A stretch of DNA of 64,000 nucleotides. Origin: Chitinophagales bacterium. GTDB taxonomy: Bacteria > Bacteroidota > Bacteroidia > Chitinophagales > JADIYW01. The stretch's first letter is position 1. The number at the start of each line of letters is the position of its first letter. The translations under genes were made by a program, and so were the position numbers. Shown piece by piece: positions 28,364 to 38,041 of the stretch. The notes under the pieces were generated by a model. That model ran no database searches. It had not been told where the DNA came from and saw only the letters and a list, made by a program, of their open reading frames with translations. The stretch lies in NCBI GenBank assembly GCA_017984135.1, contig JAGNZZ010000003.1, positions 74,660 to 138,659 on the forward strand. Reading direction: 5' to 3'.

Positions 28364-29785
28364 ATGAAAAAGCATTTTTTAATCTTGTTAATATCTGTAG
28401 TAATTTTTTCTTGTAAAAAGGAAAACGAAAGAACAAGTTACACTTATCAAGAAGATCCATCAATTATACAAGATCAATACGGAAGACAACTTATCTTTCA
28501 TGGTTTAAATACTGCAAGTATATCAAAATCTGATTCATTAAGAAATCCTTGGATTATTGAAAGTGACGTAGAACGCGAAGCAACCGATTTTGGTTTTAAT
28601 TTTGTTCGATATTTAATTTTTTGGGATGCCATTGAACCACAAAAAGACGTATTTGATCCTGTATATTTAGATAGAGTAGAAGAACGCGTAAACTGGTACA
28701 CATCTCGTGGCATGTATGTTATGCTAGATATGCATCAAGATTTATATTCATTAGTTTTTGGTGGAGATGGTGCACCTGCATGGGCAATTCGAAGCAATGG
28801 CTCAGCTCCTATTAATTTACCTGGAGGAACACCATGGTGGCTTAAAAACATAGATCCAGCTGTTGTAAATAGTTGGATTAATTTCTGGTCATACACTGCG
28901 CATAAAGATTTACAAGATCATTATATTTTAGCATGGAAATATGTAATGGAACGATTTAAAAACAATCCTTATGTAATTGGCTACGATTTAATGAACGAAC
29001 CATGGGGTGGAGATTTAGTAAAAGTATTTATCACCGGTGAATTTGAGAAACAACAATTGACAGCTTTTTACAATAAACTAATTCCCGCATTAAGAGCAGT
29101 TGAGTCAAATAAATATTTCTTCTTTGAGCCAACACCTGCACCTGTAACATTCGGTGCACCTTCTAAATTATCTAAAATTACAGATACGAGAAGTACCTCT
29201 AAGTTGGTTTATGCACCGCATTGCTATCCATTTGATACACACGAAGGAGTTGGATATACAGCAACAGCCAAACAACAATTGAAAGACTGGGAACGTGAAC
29301 GTAAAAAAGATGTTCAACTACACAACAATGTTCCATTATTAGTGGGCGAATTTGGACTTTCTCCAAGCCAAGCAGGTTTTGATCAAAATTTAAAAGATTT
29401 TAATGCCATGGCAGATAGAAACCAATGGCATTGGGCCTATTGGAGTAATGACCAAGGCGGATGGAGTCCAATAAATGCCGACCGAACAGAAACACCTATT
29501 CTACAATATTTAATAAGAACCTATCCAAAGGCTACTGCCGGAAAAATCAAAACATTTGAATACAATCCAGATTCAAAAATATTTACGATGTCTTTTACTT
29601 CAAATTCATCTATCCCTGAACCTACTGAGATATTTATTCCAAATAGATTTTATCCAAGTGGATGGGATTTATCCGTAACTGGAACAACAAATTACACTCA
29701 AAATTTTGATGCAGTAAAACAAATATTAGATTTCAATACAACAGAAAATAATAAAGATATTACGATAACGATAACTCCAAAGTAA
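28364..29785 (+). CDS. Glycoside hydrolase family 5, endoglycoceramidase-like lipoprotein
   Basis: Start moved to Met9 (lipobox VVIFSC). Blocks FHGLNTAS, FNFVRYLIFWDAIEP, YVMLDMHQDLYS, acid/base LMNEPWGG and nucleophile LLVGEFG match my recollection of Rhodococcus endoglycoceramidase II. Confidence 0.75.
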   Translation: MKKHFLILLISVVIFSCKKENERTSYTYQEDPSIIQDQYGRQLIFHGLNTASISKSDSLRNPWIIESDVEREATDFGFNFVRYLIFWDAIEPQKDVFDPVYLDRVEERVNWYTSRGMYVMLDMHQDLYSLVFGGDGAPAWAIRSNGSAPINLPGGTPWWLKNIDPAVVNSWINFWSYTAHKDLQDHYILAWKYVMERFKNNPYVIGYDLMNEPWGGDLVKVFITGEFEKQQLTAFYNKLIPALRAVESNKYFFFEPTPAPVTFGAPSKLSKITDTRSTSKLVYAPHCYPFDTHEGVGYTATAKQQLKDWERERKKDVQLHNNVPLLVGEFGLSPSQAGFDQNLKDFNAMADRNQWHWAYWSNDQGGWSPINADRTETPILQYLIRTYPKATAGKIKTFEYNPDSKIFTMSFTSNSSIPEPTEIFIPNRFYPSGWDLSVTGTTNYTQNFDAVKQILDFNTTENNKDITITITPK

Positions 29786-29896
29786 AAAGAGAATAGTTTT
29801 TTGTTAAAAAATAGTGAAAGAACAGAATATTATCGTTTAAATAAGTATAATATTTACGCATAATATTATTTTAGCGTTATAAAAATATTCGCTTTA

Positions 29897-30586
29897 ATGA
29901 TTTTTTCCTATTTCAAAAACTTTTATACCAATTGGTCTGAATCTTTACGTCAAAAGAATTTCAGGTTGCATTTTATTTTTACAGCACTTTCCTATTTTTT
30001 TTTATTTAAATATTGTCGAATTGTCATGACTATTTTAGAAAATAGAAAAGGCACTCAAATTGCAGATAAATTTTTAGCACTCATTCCACCAATTGATTTC
30101 TCCACGAGTATTTTTATTCTTACATACTCAGTGCTAACTATTTTTATTTTAGCCAACATTTCCAATCCCGAACGATTTTTAAAAGCCATGCAAGCCTATT
30201 GCTTATTAATGGCAATGCGAACTATTACTATTTATTTAGTTCCACTAGAACCTCCAGTCGGTTTAATCTTATTGAAAGATCCTGTTTCCAATTTCTTTAT
30301 GAGTGGCCACCACGGAAGTTATATCGTAAAAGATTTATTTTTTTCTGGACATGTTTCCACTGCTATGCTCTTTTTCATTATCTCTGAAAATAGAAAAACA
30401 AAATACTTACTATTAGGATTATCATTTTCCATTGCAACATTGATTTTATTCCAGCATGTGCATTATTTAATTGATGTAATTGCCGCACCTTTCTTTTCTT
30501 TATTAGCATTCACTATCATCCGATTTGCACACAAAGAAATTCAGCTTCCAGCATTTTCAAGAAAATATTCCAACAATAATCGATAA
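29897..30586 (+). CDS. Polytopic membrane protein with a PAP2_C / sphingomyelin-synthase-like motif pair
   Basis: About six predicted TM segments. FFSGHVSTAMLF (the S-G-H block) and HVHYLIDVIAAPFF (the H-Y-x-x-D-V block) resemble the D3/D4 motifs of sphingomyelin/IPC synthase-type phosphotransferases. Confidence 0.55.
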   Translation: MIFSYFKNFYTNWSESLRQKNFRLHFIFTALSYFFLFKYCRIVMTILENRKGTQIADKFLALIPPIDFSTSIFILTYSVLTIFILANISNPERFLKAMQAYCLLMAMRTITIYLVPLEPPVGLILLKDPVSNFFMSGHHGSYIVKDLFFSGHVSTAMLFFIISENRKTKYLLLGLSFSIATLILFQHVHYLIDVIAAPFFSLLAFTIIRFAHKEIQLPAFSRKYSNNNR

Positions 30587-30637
30587 GATTTACATTTTAT
30601 AAATACTGTTTTTACACGGAAAATGTATCTTTATAGA

Positions 30638-32716
30638 ATGTCATCTCCTCAATTTGATATTACATTCGACCAATTAGTAAAGAAAGAAAAATCTACTTCA
30701 AAATCTATTCCTTTCTCTCATCAAAAATATGTGGCTGGTATCACCCCTTTTTTGCGTGGTCCATATTCATCCATGTACGTCAATCAACCTTGGACGATAC
30801 GACAATATGCAGGATTTTCTACTGCTGAAGCATCAAATGCTTTTTACAAACGTAACTTAGCACAAGGTCAAAAAGGATTATCTGTTGCTTTCGACTTAGC
30901 GACACATCGAGGCTATGATTCTGACCATGAACGCGTATTCGGCGATGTAGGCAAAGCTGGAGTTGCTATTGATTCTGTAGAAGACATGAAAATATTATTT
31001 AATGAAATTCCTTTAGATAAAATTTCCGTCTCAATGACTATGAATGGCGCAGTATTGCCTATTCTTGCATTTTATATCGTGGCAGCGGAAGAACAAGGTG
31101 TTGACAAAAAATTGTTAAGCGGAACCATTCAAAATGATATTCTAAAAGAATTTATGGTGCGCAATACGTATATCTATCCACCTCAATCATCCATGAAAGT
31201 CATCTCGGATATTTTTGAATATACGAGTCAATTTATGCCTAAATTTAATTCTATTTCTATCAGTGGTTATCACATGCAAGAAGCCGGTGCAACACCTGAA
31301 ATTGAATTAGCATACACTTTAGCCGACGGATTAGAATACATCCGAACGGGCATTAATGCCGGTTTAAAAATTGATGATTTTGCACCTCGTCTATCATTCT
31401 TCTGGGCAATAGGCATGCAACATTTTAAAGAGATTGCAAAAATGCGTGCGGCACGTTTGTTATGGACAAAAATCGTTTCTCAATTTAATCCCATTTCAGA
31501 AAAAAGTTTAGCCTTGAGAACGCATTGCCAAACTAGTGGTTGGAGTTTAACAGAACAAGATGCATTTAACAATGTAACACGAACCTGCATCGAAGCCTTA
31601 GCCGCTGTTTTAGGTGGAACACAATCTTTACATACCAATGCCTTAGATGAGGCTATTGCTTTACCTACCGATTTCTCTGCAAAAATTGCACGCGACACGC
31701 AACTATATCTACAAAAAGAAACAGAAATTTGTCGCACTGTAGATCCTTGGGCTGGCTCTGAATATGTGGAGCAATTAACCGATGAATTAGCACGAAAAGC
31801 ATGGATATTAATCGAAGAAGTAGAAAGTTATGGCGGCATGACAAAAGCCATTGAAGCCGGAATTCCAAAAATGAGAATTGAAGAAGCCGCCGCTTTAAAA
31901 CAAGCTAGAATTGACAACGGAACAGATGCCATTATTGGTGTTAATTTATACACGACTGATGACGAGCAAGAAATTGAAATATTAGACATTGATAATGCCG
32001 AAGTGCGCGACAAACAAATTGCTCGACTTAAATCGATTAAAGAAAAACGCGACAATAATGCCGTACAACAATGTTTAGTTGACTTAACAGATGCCGCCAA
32101 AAATGGTACTGAAAACTTATTGGCTTTAACCATTAAAGCCGCACGACAAAGAGCCACTTTGGGTGAAATTTCATCGGCAATGGAATCAATCTTTGGAAGA
32201 TATAAAGCCAATATAAAAAGTATTTCAGGTATCTACTCATCCGAAATTAAAATGAATGAAGATTTTATTTTAGCCAGAACTTTATCTGATCAATTTGCAG
32301 AACAAGATGGTCGTCGACCACGAATTTTAGTAGCCAAAATGGGACAAGATGGACATGATCGTGGCGCAAAAGTAATTGCAACTGCTTTTGCTGACATTGG
32401 CTTTGATGTTGATATTGGGCCACTCTTCCAAACACCCAAAGAAGCAGCCATGCAAGCAGCAGAAAATGACGTTCATGTTATAGGCGTTTCATCCTTAGCC
32501 GCTGGACACAAAACATTAATTCCTCAATTGATTGATGAATTAAAAAAAATAAATCGAAGCGATATTATGGTAGTGTGTGGTGGTGTTATTCCTAAACAAG
32601 ATTATGAATTCTTATTTCAAACTGGCGTATCCTTTGTATTTGGGCCAGGAACGGTCATAGCAAAATCCGCAATTGATATTTTAAAAAAATTAAGTAAAAA
32701 CAATACGAATATTTAA
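30638..32716 (+). CDS. Methylmalonyl-CoA mutase, single-chain form with fused B12-binding domain
   Basis: Motifs [52 protein letters not shown] (the Tyr/Arg pattern of MCM rather than ICM), and C-terminal cobalamin motif [11 protein letters not shown]. The start could be 30623 or 30638. Confidence 0.9.
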   Translation: MSSPQFDITFDQLVKKEKSTSKSIPFSHQKYVAGITPFLRGPYSSMYVNQPWTIRQYAGFSTAEASNAFYKRNLAQGQKGLSVAFDLATHRGYDSDHERVFGDVGKAGVAIDSVEDMKILFNEIPLDKISVSMTMNGAVLPILAFYIVAAEEQGVDKKLLSGTIQNDILKEFMVRNTYIYPPQSSMKVISDIFEYTSQFMPKFNSISISGYHMQEAGATPEIELAYTLADGLEYIRTGINAGLKIDDFAPRLSFFWAIGMQHFKEIAKMRAARLLWTKIVSQFNPISEKSLALRTHCQTSGWSLTEQDAFNNVTRTCIEALAAVLGGTQSLHTNALDEAIALPTDFSAKIARDTQLYLQKETEICRTVDPWAGSEYVEQLTDELARKAWILIEEVESYGGMTKAIEAGIPKMRIEEAAALKQARIDNGTDAIIGVNLYTTDDEQEIEILDIDNAEVRDKQIARLKSIKEKRDNNAVQQCLVDLTDAAKNGTENLLALTIKAARQRATLGEISSAMESIFGRYKANIKSISGIYSSEIKMNEDFILARTLSDQFAEQDGRRPRILVAKMGQDGHDRGAKVIATAFADIGFDVDIGPLFQTPKEAAMQAAENDVHVIGVSSLAAGHKTLIPQLIDELKKINRSDIMVVCGGVIPKQDYEFLFQTGVSFVFGPGTVIAKSAIDILKKLSKNNTNI

Positions 32717-32800
32717 TTTTTATGCATAAGAAATTGATTTTAGAATGAAAATCAAATTAACTACTATTTTTTCGTTATTTTGCATTCAGATTTTTGGTGA

Positions 32801-33466
32801 ATGAAAAAACAAACTCAATTTCTATTCTTGTTTTTTATGTTGACTTCCCTTGTGTCATTTGCGCAAGCAGATAAATACAAAGACATAATAAAACCAGAAG
32901 GCATAAAAAATAAAAAATATTTAGTTACTCTTTCAGGCATTGCAGATGTGGAGTTATTTAAACCTATAAACATTAATTTAGGTATGTCTGCAAGTGGAAG
33001 TATTCGTTTATTATACAAACCTAAATTAAATAAGAGTAAAAGTGTTTACAATCCACAAGTTATAGAGCGAGAAATTTACTTAAAACCTACTTTTGGCTTT
33101 GTATATCGAAAACGTTTTAATACATCGCTCTATTTTATTCCTGAAATTGCCTATCGACATACTTTATCAAAAGGTTTTTTTGTAGAAATAAACTTTGATG
33201 CCGGTTATTTATATACCAAACTCAATGCACCTACTTATGAACAACAACATGATGGTACTTTCAAAAAAGTAAACTTTGGCTTTCACAATGTTTTATTGGG
33301 TGGAAAATTTTCAACCGGTTATGATTTTTCAAAAAAATTAAAAACACCTATTGCTTTAAATTTCGGCACCGGAATTTATTTTAGATATCCAAGTAATCAA
33401 CATTGGGTACGACACGTTTACGTAGAAGCAGGCATTTCGTATGTATTTAGAAAAGAAAAAGAATAA
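32801..33466 (+). CDS. Hypothetical outer-membrane/secreted beta-rich protein, 221 aa
   Basis: Signal peptide (LTSLVSFAQA) and alternating hydrophobic beta-strand pattern. No family recognised. Confidence 0.45.
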   Translation: MKKQTQFLFLFFMLTSLVSFAQADKYKDIIKPEGIKNKKYLVTLSGIADVELFKPININLGMSASGSIRLLYKPKLNKSKSVYNPQVIEREIYLKPTFGFVYRKRFNTSLYFIPEIAYRHTLSKGFFVEINFDAGYLYTKLNAPTYEQQHDGTFKKVNFGFHNVLLGGKFSTGYDFSKKLKTPIALNFGTGIYFRYPSNQHWVRHVYVEAGISYVFRKEKE

Positions 33467-33467
33467 C

Positions 33468-34517
33468 ATGAACATTCGATTCTATAAAATAATATTTTGT
33501 TTAATTATACTTTTAGGGATAATGAGTTGCACACGCGACCCAAAGCCTGCGGACGACCAATTGGATAATTATTATTTTGTAAAAGTAGATGATGTTGCTT
33601 TGCCCGTGCGTGTGTGTGGCAATATCAATTCAGACATTGCCATTGTTTTTATTCATGGTGGACCTGGCGGAACGGCACAAGGCGAACGTGCCAATGTGTA
33701 TTGGAAAGAAATGGAAAAATATTACAAAGTAATCTACTATGATCAACGTGGCTCCGGAATTACACAAGGCAACGCAAAGCCCGAAGACATGAGTATCGAA
33801 CAATTTAGCGAAGATCTTGATGTTGTTGTAAATTTCACTAAACAAATTGCCAAAGCAAGTAAAGTATTTATACATGGTGCCAGTTGGGGTGGCGGTTTAG
33901 CTTCTTACTATTTATTAGATACTGCACATCAAAACAAATTGAACGGTGCCATTATCGAATGTCCAGCGTATGATATTGTGAATGGCACACAACTTTCTAT
34001 ACAATGGCTTACGCACAAAGCAGACTCATTGATTGCACTAGGAAAAGATGTTGCCTATTGGAATAATTGCAAACAATTTTATGCATTACATGTTACGCCA
34101 TCTGCAGCAGATTTTAAACAACATCAATCCTATTTAAATCAAGTAAATGGTATCGTTTCAAATGTGTTAAACATACAAGTACAAGGAATCAGCACACCAA
34201 AATATGAACTCGCATTAATGTTCAACAATGCTGAATTTGCACCTAAAACCTTAACCTATCAAGGTCAATCTATTTTTTCACACTTAGATTTAACGAATCA
34301 ATTAAACCAAATAAAACTACCTTTATTATTAGTTTGGGGTGAACTAGATGGCATTTTACCAAAAAATAATTTAGCTCAAAAATACTTGACAAATGTAGGT
34401 TCAAGCGATGTTACATACGATGCTAATAAATATTTACTTTCTGCCCATTTACCACATTTTGAAGAATGGCAACAATTTAATTTAGATGCCAAAACGTTTA
34501 TTGAAGCACATAAATAA
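33468..34517 (+). CDS. Alpha/beta hydrolase, proline iminopeptidase-like (S33) lipoprotein
   Basis: Start moved to Met10 (lipobox LGIMSC), 1 nt after the previous stop. Motifs VFIHGGPGG and YDQRGSG, with nucleophile elbow HGASWGG. Confidence 0.8.
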   Translation: MNIRFYKIIFCLIILLGIMSCTRDPKPADDQLDNYYFVKVDDVALPVRVCGNINSDIAIVFIHGGPGGTAQGERANVYWKEMEKYYKVIYYDQRGSGITQGNAKPEDMSIEQFSEDLDVVVNFTKQIAKASKVFIHGASWGGGLASYYLLDTAHQNKLNGAIIECPAYDIVNGTQLSIQWLTHKADSLIALGKDVAYWNNCKQFYALHVTPSAADFKQHQSYLNQVNGIVSNVLNIQVQGISTPKYELALMFNNAEFAPKTLTYQGQSIFSHLDLTNQLNQIKLPLLLVWGELDGILPKNNLAQKYLTNVGSSDVTYDANKYLLSAHLPHFEEWQQFNLDAKTFIEAHK

Positions 34518-34527
34518 ACGACTTTTC

Positions 34528-34535
34528 TAGTTTTG
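34528..34535 (+). promoter_or_regulatory. Candidate -7 promoter box (TAnnTTTG)
   Basis: TAGTTTTG lies 43 nt upstream of the ATG at 34578. Confidence 0.35.
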
Positions 34536-34577
34536 GTATAAATATTGCAATTTTATTTTTTAATAGCATAATAAATC

Positions 34578-36083
34578 ATGAAAAGATATACTACCTATTT
34601 TATTGTATGTACTATTTCCATTTTTGGACTGACATCTTGCTCTGTAAATCCAGTGACAGGAAAAAAACAATTAAGCTTCATGTCAGAATCACAAGAAATT
34701 TCTATCGGCAAAGAAAGTGATCCTGCTGTAATTGCTCAATTTGGAGTGTATCCAGATTCCAACATGCAACGATTCATTAAAGAAAAAGGAAATTTAATGG
34801 TTGCACAGTCACATCGACCTAGTTTACCTTTTGAGTTTCGAATTTTAGATTCTGATGTCATCAATGCATTCGCAGTTCCGGGCGGTTATGTCTATTTCAC
34901 AAGAGGTATTATGGCTCACTTTAACGATGAAGCACAATTTGCTGGTGTTTTAGGTCATGAGATTGGACATATTACTGCACGTCATTCTTCCCAACAATAT
35001 ACGAAACAGATGCTCACTCAAATAGCATTTATGGGCGGTATGCTATTGTCGGAAAAATTTAGAAACATGTCTGAACAAGCCATGCAAGGCATGCAATTAT
35101 TATTTTTGAAATTTTCTAGAGATGACGAAACAGAATCCGATGTATTAGGCGTAAAATATGCTTCAGCCATTGGCTACGACGCTAAAGAAATGGCAGATTT
35201 TTTTCAAACCTTACAACGAGTTACACAAAAAGATGGTGCTCGTATTCCTGAGTTTTTATCTACACATCCGGATCCTGGAAACAGATATAATACGGTTAAA
35301 AAATTAGCTACTGAATATCAAGCCACCAATAACTTAAGCAATTTAAAAATAAACAGAGATAGTTATTTACGTATGATTGATGGCATTGTGTATGGCGAAG
35401 ATCCACGTCAAGGGTATTTAGATAAAAATAATTATGTTTTCTATCAGCCAGAAATGAAATTTGAATATCCAATTCCACATCAATGGCAATATCAAAATTC
35501 ACCGCAAGCCGTACAAGCAGCTAATAAAGAAGGTACTGCAGCCATCATTCTAACGCTTTCTCAAAAGAAAGATTTTTCGACAGCAGCAACAGAAATATTA
35601 GAATCCTATAAAGTAAAAAATATCAACAATCCATTTCAAACAAAAATAAATGGCATTAATGCATATACTTTTGAAGCGGAAGAAATAACTCAAAATGACC
35701 CATCACAACCACAAATGACCGAACAAGAGAAAACGCAAGCAGCTGCTGAAAAATTAAAAATACTCTTTACACTTTATCAATACAATGGCGCTATTTATGT
35801 TTTACAAGGCATGTGTGCAAAGAAAGATTTTACAGCTCAAAAAAACAATTTTATGTATGCCATGAATGGCTTCAAAGCACTCACCGATCCTAAACGCATT
35901 AATGTAGTTCCGGAAAGAATAAAAGTTGTTACCATTGCAAATGATATGACATTAAAAGATGTGATGATTGCCAACAAAATTGCCTCTGACAGACACGAAG
36001 AAGTAGCCATTTTAAATGGTATGCAACAAAATACCATTGTAAAAAAAGGCATGTTAGTAAAAATGATAGAAAAGCGTTTGTAG
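34578..36083 (+). CDS. M48-family zinc metalloprotease lipoprotein with a C-terminal extension
   Basis: Lipobox GLTSC. Zinc motif GVLGHEIGHITARH with downstream ETESD. About 230 aa of extra C-terminal domain. Confidence 0.85.
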   Translation: MKRYTTYFIVCTISIFGLTSCSVNPVTGKKQLSFMSESQEISIGKESDPAVIAQFGVYPDSNMQRFIKEKGNLMVAQSHRPSLPFEFRILDSDVINAFAVPGGYVYFTRGIMAHFNDEAQFAGVLGHEIGHITARHSSQQYTKQMLTQIAFMGGMLLSEKFRNMSEQAMQGMQLLFLKFSRDDETESDVLGVKYASAIGYDAKEMADFFQTLQRVTQKDGARIPEFLSTHPDPGNRYNTVKKLATEYQATNNLSNLKINRDSYLRMIDGIVYGEDPRQGYLDKNNYVFYQPEMKFEYPIPHQWQYQNSPQAVQAANKEGTAAIILTLSQKKDFSTAATEILESYKVKNINNPFQTKINGINAYTFEAEEITQNDPSQPQMTEQEKTQAAAEKLKILFTLYQYNGAIYVLQGMCAKKDFTAQKNNFMYAMNGFKALTDPKRINVVPERIKVVTIANDMTLKDVMIANKIASDRHEEVAILNGMQQNTIVKKGMLVKMIEKRL

Positions 36084-36209
36084 TAAAAACAAGCATTTTT
36101 ATTTGTTGCATGCATGTTCATTAGAGTATAAACTATTTCGTCGCTCACTACAAAAAATGTTGCAATGTTGTATTGAGAATAAATTATATTTTCTTCCGTT
36201 TTATTCTAT

Positions 36210-36217
36210 TAATTTTG
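36210..36217 (+). promoter_or_regulatory. Candidate -7 promoter box very close to the start codon
   Basis: TAATTTTG ends 7 nt before the ATG at 36225, which implies a leaderless or near-leaderless mRNA. Confidence 0.35.
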
Positions 36218-36224
36218 CACTATT

Positions 36225-38039
36225 ATGGCACACAACACGCTACAAGATTGCATCGATGATTTAGAAAAAAATGGTCAACTTATCCGCATTAAAGAAGAAG
36301 TAGATCCTTACTTAGAAATGGCTGCTATTCATTTGCGCATCCATGAAGCGAAAGGAAAAGCCATCTTGTTTGAAAAAATAAAAGGCACTAATTATCAAGC
36401 AGTATCTAATTTATTTGGCACTACGCAAAGAAGCCATTTTATTTTTAGAGATACCATTGATAATGTAAAAAAAATGATTGCATTAAAGACCAATCCGATG
36501 CAAGCATTAAAACATCCTTTACAATATTTACGTGTAGCATTTGCCGCCATAAAAGCCATACCAAAAAAAGTTTCATCACATGCATTTGAAAAAATAAAAA
36601 TTTCCGATTTGCCACTCATTCAATGTTGGGAAAAAGATGGCGGTGCGTTTGTCACCTTACCAATAGTCTATTCAGAAGATGCCGACCAACCTGGCGTGAT
36701 GCAATCCAATTTAGGTATGTATCGCATTCAACTTAGTGGGAATGATTATATCCAAGATAAAGAAATAGGCTTGCATTATCAATTACATCGTGGAATTGGT
36801 GTGCATCAAACTAAGTGGAATGCTTTAGGCAAACCCATGAAAGTATCTGTATTTATTGGAGGTCCGCCGTCGCACAGCTTTGCAGCTGTCATGCCATTAC
36901 CCGAAGGTTTATCAGAATTGACTTTCGCCGGCGCTTTAGGTGGAAGACGATTTAGATATATGTACGATGAAGATGGCTTTTGTTTAAGCACAGATGCCGA
37001 TTTTGTCATTACCGGCGAAGTGTATCCCAATGAAAACAAACCCGAAGGTCCTTTTGGCGATCATTTAGGTTACTATTCTTTAAAACACGATTTCCCTTTG
37101 ATGCGTGTAAAAAATGTGTATGCCAAGAAAAATGCTATTTGGAGTTTTACGGTTGTTGGTCGTCCTCCACAAGAAGATACTGCCTTTGGCAACATGATTC
37201 ATGAAATGACAGGTGCAGCCATTAGTAAAGAAATTCCGGGTGTACACGAAGTACATGCCGTAGATGCTGCTGGTGTACATCCATTGTTATTGGCAATTGG
37301 TAGCGAACGTTATACGCCATATTTAAAAGAAAAAAGACCACAAGAATTATTGACCATTGCTAATCATATTTTAGGAACCGGTCAACTTTCTTTAGCAAAA
37401 TATTTGTTCATCGCCAATAAAAGTGATAATGAAAAATTATCTACTCATCATGAACAAGAATTCTTTCATCATATTTTAGAGCGCATTGATTTATCGCGTG
37501 ACATACATTTCCAAACTAAAACATCTATCGATACATTAGATTATAGTGGCGATGGATTAAACACCGGAAGCAAAGTAATTATTGCTGCTTGTGGCGATAA
37601 GCAAAGAGATTTATTAGAACAATTACCCATTGATTTTTCACTGCCATCCACATTTAAAAATCCTAGAATAGTAACTAAAGGCATTTTAGCGGTGGAAATA
37701 AATGCGGAGAATAAAAATGCTATCAACGAAAATATCAAATCAATAATCCAAGAGTTGTGGACAATGAACCGTGAACAGTGGACGAACTTACCATTAATCG
37801 TTTTATGTGATGATGCTGATTTTATAGCCAAAGATTTTAATAATTTTCTTTGGATTACTTTTACGCGCAGCAATCCATCACACGATATTTATGGCATCAA
37901 TGAGCGATTTGAAAACAAACATTGGTGTTGCGATACATTAATCATAGATGCGCGTATCAAACTACATCATGCGCCAGTTTTAGAAAAAAATAGCATGGTA
38001 GAAAAACGTGTAGATGAAATTTTAAGTAGGCTATCTTAA
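36225..38039 (+). CDS. UbiD-family (prenylated-FMN-dependent) decarboxylase, menaquinone/ubiquinone-type
   Basis: 604 aa. Blocks ILFEKIKG, GGAFVTLPIVYSED, SNLGMYRIQL, and EGPFGDHLGYY. Confidence 0.88.
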   Translation: MAHNTLQDCIDDLEKNGQLIRIKEEVDPYLEMAAIHLRIHEAKGKAILFEKIKGTNYQAVSNLFGTTQRSHFIFRDTIDNVKKMIALKTNPMQALKHPLQYLRVAFAAIKAIPKKVSSHAFEKIKISDLPLIQCWEKDGGAFVTLPIVYSEDADQPGVMQSNLGMYRIQLSGNDYIQDKEIGLHYQLHRGIGVHQTKWNALGKPMKVSVFIGGPPSHSFAAVMPLPEGLSELTFAGALGGRRFRYMYDEDGFCLSTDADFVITGEVYPNENKPEGPFGDHLGYYSLKHDFPLMRVKNVYAKKNAIWSFTVVGRPPQEDTAFGNMIHEMTGAAISKEIPGVHEVHAVDAAGVHPLLLAIGSERYTPYLKEKRPQELLTIANHILGTGQLSLAKYLFIANKSDNEKLSTHHEQEFFHHILERIDLSRDIHFQTKTSIDTLDYSGDGLNTGSKVIIAACGDKQRDLLEQLPIDFSLPSTFKNPRIVTKGILAVEINAENKNAINENIKSIIQELWTMNREQWTNLPLIVLCDDADFIAKDFNNFLWITFTRSNPSHDIYGINERFENKHWCCDTLIIDARIKLHHAPVLEKNSMVEKRVDEILSRLS

Positions 38040-38041
38040 TC

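Noticed and set aside
30199-30387. 62-aa same-strand, out-of-frame ORF inside the PAP2_C-like gene
   Set aside because: The longer frame has coherent TM segments and the SGH / HYxxDV motifs.
30587-30637. Possible cobalamin riboswitch upstream of the B12-dependent mutase
   Set aside because: The gap is only about 36-50 nt, far too short for a ~200-nt riboswitch, and has no conserved B12-box-like sequence.
31480-32211. Three minus-strand ORFs (85, 67 and 127 aa) inside the mutase gene
   Set aside because: All are antisense to methylmalonyl-CoA mutase, Ala/Ser/Cys-rich, and without start context.
32734-32755. AT-only hairpin TTGATTTT/AAAATCAA after the mutase gene as a terminator
   Set aside because: The 8-bp stem has only a single G-C pair and is probably too weak. 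It was left unannotated.
35837-36148. 103-aa and 60-aa minus-strand ORFs at the 3' end of the M48 protease gene
   Set aside because: They are shadow ORFs overlapping a supported gene and its downstream spacer.
37541-37873. 110-aa antisense ORF inside the UbiD-family gene, plus three shorter ones at 36395-37280
   Set aside because: They are shadow ORFs within a confidently assigned gene.
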